Below, piece after piece: positions 29,002 through 39,000 of a stretch of 64,000 bases of DNA. Every line of letters begins with the position of its first letter. Position 1 is the stretch's first letter. The stretch is from Candidatus Heimdallarchaeota archaeon. Its GTDB lineage: Archaea; Asgardarchaeota; Heimdallarchaeia; Hodarchaeales; Hodarchaeaceae. Location: positions 34,015 to 98,014 of the forward strand of contig JBHLSH010000004.1 of the NCBI GenBank assembly GCA_048881705.1. Reading direction: 5' to 3'. Position numbers and translations under genes: made by a program. Below the pieces are notes generated by a model. That model did no database searches, was not told the DNA's origin, and saw only the letters and a list, made by a program, of their open reading frames with translations.

Positions 29002-30023
29002 CTTGGTTTATCCTCATCACCAACGGCTTTAAGACAAATAAGATTATTCTCAATCGTTATCTGGGGAAGCAATCCTGCTTCTTTTGCGTCCAAAAATAAA
29101 TGTATTATCAATTCAGGAGTCAATCCCGACTGCCGGGATAATGTATCAATGCTTATTTCACGTTGGTTTTGAAGAGATTTTAAGGCAAATTTGACGACAT
29201 CCTGACGGCGAGGAGCCAATTTTTGCTCGAAAAAAGCATCCAGATCTTCAAAGGTAACCAAGCTATCATCTAGCCGGATTCTAAAATGAATCCCGTTTTG
29301 AGCTGGTGCTTCAATTCCGAATTTGGTCAACATCCTCTGGATTTCGAATGGTTCGCTAATTAGCTCAACTTTGAACATAATTCCTTGTTTAAAATCTTGT
29401 TTAAAATCATTAACAGTTTGTAAAAGCTTACTTTTCTGCCCAGGAGTATATTCTTTTCTAATAAGCGCTTTTATTTCTTTATTGGAATGATCCACGAGTA
29501 TTATGGGAGCATCACCGGATATTAGAGAGATATGAGACATTGGTTCCACCTTATCAAGAGGTGAAATATAGTAGCTTTCAATACGAGTATCTATGATCTG
29601 AATCCTTTCATCAATCTTCTTCATAGTCTCTGCATCAAGATCGGTATCGGTTTCGATTCCATATATCTGTAAACTTCTCTCTAGTAATTTTTTAATAACC
29701 CCAACGTAACGCATAATGCTATAGGATCGTGTAATAATCCAAAAAACAATAATCCTTCCAAATTGGGCAATACGTTGATCCACGGTATTGCCAGGCTTTA
29801 ATGTAAGGCAAAAACCCAGCGTCAAAAGGGGTTCCTTAGGAGTTGGCAAAGGACCATACGATCTAATCTCATTCTGTTCGGGAAAATCGGATCCCATCGC
29901 AGTTAGCAGTCTAAATGCCATATTCAATGCTTCATCTTCGTTAAGAGGAGACGAATTGTAGATATTAGTAGGGCCAATGTCCTCAAATATCGTTACAACT
30001 AGGCCATCAGTTGTTTTTTCCAT
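28998..30023 (-). CDS. Soluble protein: N-terminal longin/uDENN-like domain, possible gelsolin-like middle domain, C-terminal winged helix
   Basis: LVVTIFEDIGP N-terminal longin motif; middle segment SLISGDAPIILVDHSNKEI...EP resembles a gelsolin repeat; SIDTLSRQSGLTPELIIHLF...GLL resembles an HTH. Confidence 0.5.
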   Translation of the reverse strand: MEKTTDGLVVTIFEDIGPTNIYNSSPLNEDEALNMAFRLLTAMGSDFPEQNEIRSYGPLPTPKEPLLTLGFCLTLKPGNTVDQRIAQFGRIIVFWIITRSYSIMRYVGVIKKLLERSLQIYGIETDTDLDAETMKKIDERIQIIDTRIESYYISPLDKVEPMSHISLISGDAPIILVDHSNKEIKALIRKEYTPGQKSKLLQTVNDFKQDFKQGIMFKVELISEPFEIQRMLTKFGIEAPAQNGIHFRIRLDDSLVTFEDLDAFFEQKLAPRRQDVVKFALKSLQNQREISIDTLSRQSGLTPELIIHLFLDAKEAGLLPQITIENNLICLKAVGDEDKPS

Positions 30024-30583
30024 CGTGGTATCCTCCAGTACCGGCGATTATTATTTCACTCTACGAATAGTTTCTGGACAATCTATGTCGATTTTTTGTA
30101 TCTCTAGTTTTTCAATGTTTTGAAACCGAAATTTCTCGCGTCTTTCATCTGAACCTGCAAGGTTACTGGTTAAAAGTTGACCTGGATTAATCTTTCTTGT
30201 GATTTAGCTATTTTTCATTCATGCGTCAACTCTCTATATGATTCTATCTTACAAATCCTGAAATGCCATGAAATGCTACAAGAACGGATAAGATTCTCCA
30301 TTATCATCATGATCAAACGATTACGGGTTACTTCGGTATTGAGATTCCATCCACACCTTAGTGAGGATACCTAGATCATTTCCTCAAAAGATTTAAAAAA
30401 ACAGGATAAAAAACCCAATCGATCAATATGTTTAATCAGGCTTCTGGATTTTGTTGTTGCTAGGAACAATCTCTTCTTACCAGAAGTCTGCCCCCTCTCT
30501 CTATCTATTTCTTCTGGTAACATGAGAGACAACTCAAAATCTATCATTTACGCAAGAAAATCCATATTAGATCGGTGGTCAAT

Positions 30584-31996
30584 ATGAAACTATACAATTC
30601 TCTAACGCAACGAAAGGAAGAATTTATTCCTATTGTGGCTGATAAAGTTCGTTTTTATTCTTGTGGCCAGACAGTTTACCAGGATGCACACGTAGGAAAC
30701 GCCAGAACATATTCCTTTTGGGACATATTAGTCCGATATCTCCGTTGGCGTGGATTTGATGTTTTTTGGGTACAAAACTTTACTGATGTTGGACATTTGA
30801 CCGATGATGCCGACTCGGGCGAAGATAAAGTAATCAAAAGCGCCATTGCAAAAGAAATGCAGCCAATGGTGCTGATAGAGAATCAGATTAGACGTTTCTT
30901 TGAAGAAATGGATGCCCTGAACATTCAAAGAGCGGATATTTACCCACGGGCGACGGCAGAGATTCCAGAAATGATAGAGTTTATTAAGGACCTTTTAGAT
31001 GGTGAATTTGCTTATGAGGTAAATGGCTCGGTCTATTTTGATATAACCAAGTTTCCAAAATACGGAGAGTTAAGTCCAACAACCTACACAGAAGAATCGG
31101 AAGGGGCCAGAATCGCCATAAATCCAGAGAAACGTAACCCAAAAGATTTTGCACTATGGATTAAGGCGCCCCCAGAGCACCTGATGAAGTGGCCTTCCCC
31201 TTGGGGTCTGGGATATCCTGGATGGCATTTGGAATGTTCCGTAATGTCACAAAAGTACTTGGGAACCACCATAGATATTCACGCGGGCGGAATTGATCAT
31301 TTGCATCTCCATCATCCCAACGAAATTGCCCAGTCGGAGAGTCGAACTGGGGAGAAATTCGTCAATTATTGGGTGCACGCTGCTTTTCTTACGGTAGAGG
31401 GAGAAAGAATGGGCAAATCGAAAGGAAACTACATTCTTGTGCGAGATCTTCTACAAGAACACGACCCGATGGCTGTTCGTTTATTTTTGATAAATTCACA
31501 CTACCGTAAAAGCGTTGACTTTAATCAGCAAGTCTTTGAACAAGCAAAAACTCTTTTATCGCGGATACGAACCAATGTTGCATCACTTCAAAGCTCTAAG
31601 GGTGGAAAAAACCGCAGTCTCCAAAATGCAATTACCTTGGTAGAACAGGAATTTATATCTGCCATGGATGATGATCTAAACACTGTAGGCGCGTTGCAGG
31701 CTATCCTTCACTTCGTTAAAAAGGTTAATGCCGCATTAGATAACGAGAAAAGCATTCTCGATGAAGCGTGCGGTAAAATTATCCTGTTGATGGGAATTCT
31801 CGGTATTCAACTGAGTGATTTCCAAGAAGGCACTGCTTCAGTTGCAGGCCTTATAGAATTATTGGTCTCCCTTCGAGACCAGCTTCGGGACGCCAAACAA
31901 TACGAAATTGCTGATAAGATCAGAGCCCAATTACTAGAACAAGGAATTCAGCTCGAAGACAAACCAAATGGAACCATCTGGAAAAAAAGCCAATAA
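30584..31996 (+). CDS. cysS: Cysteine--tRNA ligase
   Basis: YSCGQTVYQDAHVGN (HIGH-like), GYPGWHLECSVM, DIHAGGIDHLHLHHPNEIAQS, RMGKSKGN (KMSKS-like); GGTGG Shine-Dalgarno-like element before ATG 30584. Confidence 0.97.
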   Translation: MKLYNSLTQRKEEFIPIVADKVRFYSCGQTVYQDAHVGNARTYSFWDILVRYLRWRGFDVFWVQNFTDVGHLTDDADSGEDKVIKSAIAKEMQPMVLIENQIRRFFEEMDALNIQRADIYPRATAEIPEMIEFIKDLLDGEFAYEVNGSVYFDITKFPKYGELSPTTYTEESEGARIAINPEKRNPKDFALWIKAPPEHLMKWPSPWGLGYPGWHLECSVMSQKYLGTTIDIHAGGIDHLHLHHPNEIAQSESRTGEKFVNYWVHAAFLTVEGERMGKSKGNYILVRDLLQEHDPMAVRLFLINSHYRKSVDFNQQVFEQAKTLLSRIRTNVASLQSSKGGKNRSLQNAITLVEQEFISAMDDDLNTVGALQAILHFVKKVNAALDNEKSILDEACGKIILLMGILGIQLSDFQEGTASVAGLIELLVSLRDQLRDAKQYEIADKIRAQLLEQGIQLEDKPNGTIWKKSQ

Positions 31997-32090
31997 AACA
32001 TGTTGGTCTAGTTAGATTGAGCTAGAACTGCATCATCCGCAGTTAATGAAGATATTCTTAGAACGCAAGGCAAAATGACAATAGAGTAAC

Positions 32091-32993
32091 CTATAACAAA
32101 TCCTCTACAAGTCCAGCCAACTGATCCATCTTCACCATCATGTACTGAAGAGGAGCAATTTTATGAGCGACACCTGTAAGTAAAAGCTCTGATTTAATTC
32201 TCTGAAAGATAAAAAGATAGTCATTTGTTTCCATGGTCGTTTTAAACGTATCAGATCTGAACTCAGTTACAAGACGGTCTAGGGTGGTTAACAATAGGTT
32301 TGCAGGAACAACTATCAGATTGGCTAAATCTCCTTCTTCAAAAACTGGCAATCCCTCCTCAGTATATACCGCAATCCCGGATAGTTCTTTGTTTGCTTCA
32401 ACGAATTCCTGGATTGCTTCGCTTACTGTTTTGGCTTTAGTGTTCTTCCGAATAATGCCTTGTACAATTTCACCGACAGCTGAATAGATACTTTGGTCAA
32501 AGATAGAAGTCCCTTTATAATGGATCACAAAGTTTCCTCTATTGGGAACAAAATATGATTTCATAGTTTCCAATATTTGTTCTTTCATGTTCAAAAGAAT
32601 CAAGTCTATTTTATGAAAAAAGCAAAAGATTTCAGCATGAGGGGAGTATTCATCTAGGCGTTTAACAGCTTGATCGAAGTAGAATTTGGATGTTGAAACT
32701 TGATCAAAGTCGGATACATCTACAACCCAGATTAGAAGATCTACATCTGAGAATATAAACTCCGCTTGTTCTCCTACGAAAGCGGAGATAAATGATTCTT
32801 GGCCCCCGCAGTCAAAGATTTGAAATGCACTGTCAATAATGTGTTTCGATGAGCGCGTATAGTTGATAGTCGCCCGATAGTCTGTTACATCGATAGGCGA
32901 TTTTCCTTCAAAAGCTACGGCGCGAATACTACTTTTCCCTGATGCTCCAAGACCCATGAAAAGGACTTTTTGTGTGGTTGGTTGTGAAGTCAC
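32091..32993 (-). CDS. Rag/Gtr1-like small GTPase with C-terminal roadblock domain (paralog 2)
   Basis: GLGASGKSS, ATIN, DCGGQ, HKID, TSIF; roughly 60% identical by eye to 28093..29001 over its full length. Confidence 0.9.
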   Translation of the reverse strand: MTSQPTTQKVLFMGLGASGKSSIRAVAFEGKSPIDVTDYRATINYTRSSKHIIDSAFQIFDCGGQESFISAFVGEQAEFIFSDVDLLIWVVDVSDFDQVSTSKFYFDQAVKRLDEYSPHAEIFCFFHKIDLILLNMKEQILETMKSYFVPNRGNFVIHYKGTSIFDQSIYSAVGEIVQGIIRKNTKAKTVSEAIQEFVEANKELSGIAVYTEEGLPVFEEGDLANLIVVPANLLLTTLDRLVTEFRSDTFKTTMETNDYLFIFQRIKSELLLTGVAHKIAPLQYMMVKMDQLAGLVEDLL

Positions 32994-33049
32994 CCCATAT
33001 CACGCTCACTCGAATTCCAACGAATTTAAACCCTTGATTCTACTATAGA

Positions 33050-36000
33050 TTAGTCTTCCTTTATCAACTCTGTTGTTCCATATATCTTTTCATAGGACAA
33101 AATGATTTGGGATACATATTTTCGAACTTCAATAATCATTCTTCTGATTGTGTCCTTCTCTTCTGGGCTTTCATCCATTAAGATGTGGAGAATATGCACT
33201 TTCGCCTGAATTTCATCCAGAAATTGATTGACCAATGGAAATAATTCCTGATGAATTAAAACATTTAACGTAAGGTCCTCTTGTTTTCCACGCGAATCGG
33301 GTCTGTTTAGAGCAAAGCCAAACGTCATCGATTTAATCCGGGCCCCGTGACTTAATACAAAGTCATAGCTCGAAGAGATTTCCCGACTGAATTCGTCACA
33401 AAATCCTGTACTGCTGAAAGATCGATCAGATAGGTCAACAAGCTTTCTAAAATTATCGTTAAGAATGGCAGGCTCAACAATTATTGGGATCGGGCCATGT
33501 CGTTGATCAAAGAAGGAAACCACAATTCCAACGGTATGTTCATCCCAGGAATTCCTTACCTCGGTTTCATCAACATCCGAACATGATCCTAGCACTAGCT
33601 CTTTGTCAAGGCCAACGATTTCAGGCTTTCTTATAAATTTGACATACACTATTGATCCAAAGATGGCGGAAATGATTGTTATCCCGATTATTATTAATAC
33701 AAATGTTGGATCGATCCCTGGTGGCGAAAATGTAAATCGAGTTTCATTGATCCTTTCTGGATCATTGTTTATATCGTACGCTATCCCTCTATTTCCTAAT
33801 GAATCCAGTGTCTCGATATAGTAGATTATTTCTCTTGAAGTTTGATTGTGATCGAACCTGACTGTAGCCGTGTATCCGTAGATACCTCCATCATCGCTGG
33901 TTTGGGTCATTTTTACAGTACGCCAATTTTGCCTTATGGCCGAACCCGCACCCCCCGTAGAATTGGGTTTTTGGAAATAATAATACAAGATAACATCAGC
34001 TATTTCAGACCCGTAATCCACAATATCTGTATAAAATGTAATATTGGTGGGATTCAATTCATCATTAAATTCAAATCGTGGCATTCCCGTAACACGGGGT
34101 GGAGAACGATCCTCTACAACAAAAGAGTCCATATAAAGGGTGTATATACTGAAGTCTCGAGCGTTATAAGTAACGACACTGCTCGCTTCAATCCTGACGG
34201 TTAGCATAGTATCAAGAAATTCTGTCTTAAAGTCTTCCTTGGGTAATTGGTATAATAGCGCCCAGATGGAATCATTGTTTGCATCTTTAATGGCACGGTA
34301 CGGGACTCCAAGGCTATCATTCAGAGTGATTTCGATGCGGTCAATTGGGATAAGATTGGTTGCTACTATCGTTAGGTTATACATACCCTCATCGTAATAG
34401 TAGCTTCCTTCTCCTTCATTATCCTCAATAAGGGGCGTTATGATCAAATCAAGAATCTTGGGGCGACTTTCGACTATTAATTCTGGGAAGGTAGTTCCAG
34501 TTCCAATATCTGTTCCATCAAACGGAGTAACAACACATTTCCAGTGATCGCCTGGAAAAGTTTCCGAATGAGGTATAGTCGTTGAATTCTGATAGGTTAA
34601 AATCTCAATCCATGTTCCAGACTCAAGCTGATAATACCATTGAATCAAGGATTTATCTTGGTCAATGGGGATATCTGAGTCCTCAAATTCATAGTAGATT
34701 GATAAATCCTCATCATCTACAAAGAAGATCTGAATTGTTAAGGAAGTTCTTATGTCTGGATCTACTAGACTGTTATTTGGATCGAAAACATAATTGTAGT
34801 TACCTATAATCGGGATTGTATTTAATATAATTGTTGCTGAGGAATTATACTGAATTGAATAATTCTCTCCATCGAATACTCGTAAGGTAAATCTCCAAGA
34901 ATCCCCTTTTGAGGTAATCATGGATGGAATTGTTTTCAAATTGCTGTAAGCAGCTTGTAGCTGATTATTTCGATACCATCCGATGATCCAATTAATGTCC
35001 TCAATATCATTGTCCGCATCGCTGTATAGCCAAGTTGCAGTTAAGTCATCAATAGTACTGGGGGAGGGATTAATACCTAAACCCGATGCCATTGGCTTAG
35101 AATTTAATATTGTTACATTGAATGAGGTGAAAAGAAGCCCGTAATCTCTACCATCTTTTGGACGGAGGCTGAAATACCAAATGTCACCCTTACTGGTTTC
35201 ACTTGAAGGTATTAATTTTGTATCATTAAGAAGAATCTGTAATTCTCCATTCTTGTACCATCGAATCAATGATCCCGCCTCAGGATGACTTTGATTGTCA
35301 AAATAATCATAATAGGCTATTAAATTGTCCAGTGTTGTAGGATTTAGGGTCAAAGACAGGTTTTCAGCGGTGGGAGGGTCATTTGTTGAGGCCCCGATTG
35401 AAACTGGAGTCGAAGTATAATTCGTACTATAATCATTGCCATCAAATACTCTTACTATATAATACCAAACTTCTCCTTCAAGTGTATCCGACCAGAACAA
35501 AATCGAATGATTCAGTTTTGAAGCTTGGTAGACAGTATCTCTATACCAGTAAACAATTCTATAGTTAATATCTTCTGAGTCGCCATCGATATCATTAAAA
35601 CTATAAGAAATTTCAATGGAATGGTCTGAAGTAACCCCAACGGTTTTGTTGAAGGAGGGACTAACTATTGATGGAGGCGAATTGAGAATCTGAATTAGAG
35701 AGGAATTATATTGGATAGAATAATCCGTTCCGTCAAAAACTCGTATGGTGAAATTCCAAGTTTCTCCTCTGGTTGTATTGCCTGATTTTATTACTGCGGA
35801 ATCATTTAGCAGCTTCTGCAGCTGCCCATTCTGATACCAACGAATTATCCAACCGCTGTTTTGTGGATCGTTGTCTGCATCGAAATATGTCCATCCCGCA
35901 ATCAGATCCTGATCAGTCGTGGGATTTATGGTATTACTAGTGTCAGTGACCGTTGGGATGGCATTTTGGATTGTAATTTGATTGGCATTATATTGCAGTG

Positions 36001-39000
36001 ACCAATTAAGCCCATCGAATACCCTAATTGTGCAATTCCAGATCTCACCCTTTTGGGTAAAACTCGAATCGATAACGGTAGAACCGTTCAACCCAGGCTG
36101 AATTACTCCATTCTTAAACCAAAAAATCTCTCTATTACTCTGTAAATGCCCGTTGGAATCGAAATAATCGTAACTAAGTATCAAATCATCCAATGTTGTG
36201 TTTTCATTCCCCGTTAGGGTTATGTTCTGGACTTCGGGGATGGTATTTGGAGCATTCCCAATTACCACCAAAGCAGAGGTAAAGTTTTGACTCCATTCAA
36301 CACCATCATAAACTCTTACTTGATATTGCCAATATTCACCAGATGTTGTCTCGGAATCATATAGGATGGTCTGATTGTCTTTGCCCACTTGATAAATGCT
36401 ATTTTGATACCAATACACCACTCTTTCACTTGTGACTTCCAAATCATTATCCGGATCAAAATAGCCATATGTCACGTTAATTGTATCAAATTCGGTAACG
36501 CCAATCGTTTTATTAAATGTTGGATCGATTACTGAGGGAGCTGTGTTTATTATTAGTGAAATGCTCGAGTTGTAGGTTATAGAATAAGCTTCTCCATCGA
36601 AGACTTTCAATGTATAATTCCAAACCTCTCCTTTAATCGTAGCACTGGCTGGTACCTCGGTCTGATTAGTATAGGAAGTTATCAAGGAATTGTCTTTATA
36701 CCAATAAATAATCCAGTTTGTATTTTGAGGATCATTGTCATCATCATAATAATTCCAGCCAGCTGTTATGTTTTCCGTTGTTGTCGGATTTAATGTAATA
36801 ATCAAGCCTGAAGCTATGGGAATGGAATTTTTAATGATGCTAATAGTTGAATTATACTGTTCGGAATAATTTGTCCCGTCATACACTTTCAAGGTGTAAT
36901 TCCAAACTTCTCCTTTAATCGTAGCACTAGCAGGAATGGTTGTTAAATTATCGTATTGAGATTGTAGGATGTTATTCTTATACCAAAAGATGATCCAACT
37001 GTCACTCGGCTGGCTATCTCCGTCTGCATCATTAAAAGTCCAGCTGGAAGATAAGGGAGTAGAGGTGAAAGGATTTATGGTAATGATCAGACTTGAGGCC
37101 GTGGGAGGAGTATTTTGAATTGTTACCTTTGGTGAGGAGTATGTCGTTGAGTTGCTTTCCCCATCATTCACTATTAATTTGAAATACCACTCCTGGTTCT
37201 TCACCGTTGCAGTGGAAGGCAAATTTATCAGATTATCATATGCAGATTGAAGAGTATCCCAACGATACCACTGAATATAATAATTGGACTCGCTATCATT
37301 ATCCGCATCGGCAAAAGTCCAGCTTGCGCTGAGCAAACTGCTTGTATTTGGATTCAATGGAGAAAGAACTAAATCGGATGCAGATGGAGGTGTATTGTCA
37401 ATTGCAATAGTATTTGAGGATGCCCATTGCGAATAGTTCGTCCCATCATAAGCTCGAATTTCGCAAAACCATGTTTCGCCTTTCTTGGTATTGTTGGATG
37501 TGATTAATACGAGATTATCAAAACTTGGTCGATAGGTTGAATTACGATACCATCTAGTTTCATAGAAAAGAATTGGATCAGTATCCTCGTCTATGGTGAC
37601 ATTAGATAACGTAAGATTATCTATCGATATACTTGTAGGGATAACAACACTTTGTATAACGGGTGGAGTGTTTTGGATTGTTAAACTAGTTGTGGTCTCT
37701 AGGTTTCCAAAATCCTGCCCGTCTTTTGGCCTTACCGTGGCATTCCAAATGTCATCTTTTATCAAGGCACTTGTATCGCTTATTTGCTTCAAATTATTGA
37801 AGATAGTTTGTAGAACTCCGTTTTTATACCAACGAATTTCCGTTCCACCCTCGCTATCATTATCAGCATCGTAAAAATCATAATGGAGATATAACGTGGA
37901 ATTACTAAAGATTGGTAAAAGAATGAGAGAGTTATCCCGCGACAGGGCCAGGTTTTGCGCCTCAGGAGCATGGTTAATATCTGGAATAACAGCCGGTACA
38001 GGAGAGGTAGTAACTGGGTTGCCCGCCGTATCGTTGACCCTGATAACATACCAAAATACTGAACCTTTTGGCATGCTAATTGTATCGTTCACATAACTTG
38101 TTCCGTTACTCACCATGACTGCCCACAGATCATTTCGCGGCACACTGTTCAACATAGTTACGTTTACCAAAACTGTATCAATCGTTCCCCATGAATCGGA
38201 GACATTTGAACGAAAAGTTCCATATGGGCCTATATTGTCGAAATAATCCCAATCATCAACCGTGGGAGGTATAAAATCGTTTGTAAAGTAAATCTGTTTT
38301 ACGTTTGAGGGAGCAAAAAGATAATTTCCTTTACTGTCAGAAGCATTGAAAATTTGGATATTGTAAAGCGCGCCAAGGATGACTAGCTGCTGATAGATCC
38401 AATGGGTACCGTTAAAACTCATTGAAAAGTCGCTGCCATTGATCCTAATCTCTACTGTCACGATGCTTGAACCTTCATCACTGACATCGGCCCAGAATAT
38501 CCCCGTCCCTATACCTGGATCTTCTATTCCAAAGTCATTTATTACAGGAGGGCTCAAGTCATAAGATAGAACTGAACTGAGAGCGTAGAAACTTGACGCG
38601 TTTCGCTGATTTGAATAAGATGCCGAGATCCAATTTCCAGAACGTGCCAGGTTGGATACGCGAACTTCATCGAGTTTGGAACTAGACCAATCACTGAGAG
38701 TTCCGCCTGTATCACTCGCCAAAGTATTCATGTAAAACGGTAATGCCAGATCAAGACTCCCATAGCCCGTAATATCTACAGGAGAACCTGAAATCTCTGA
38801 ACCGTCAATATAAAATCGTAGATTTGTTCCGTCTCTAACCAGAACCGCATGATGCCACAAATTGTCCGCATAAGTTGAAGTAGAAGTGATATTCTTTTTT
38901 CCCGAACCCCCATTATCGTCAATTTCACCTTTTATGAGCCCCCCCGTTGTATCCACCGCAATGTAGTAACGTATGCCATTCGATCCGTAGGATCCCTTTC

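Noticed and set aside
30024-30574. 550-bp spacer with a protein-like fragment on the minus strand (ITRKINPGQLLTSNLAGSDERREKF...)
   Set aside because: Multiple stops, no start codon and no recognisable family; cannot be called a pseudogene without a search.
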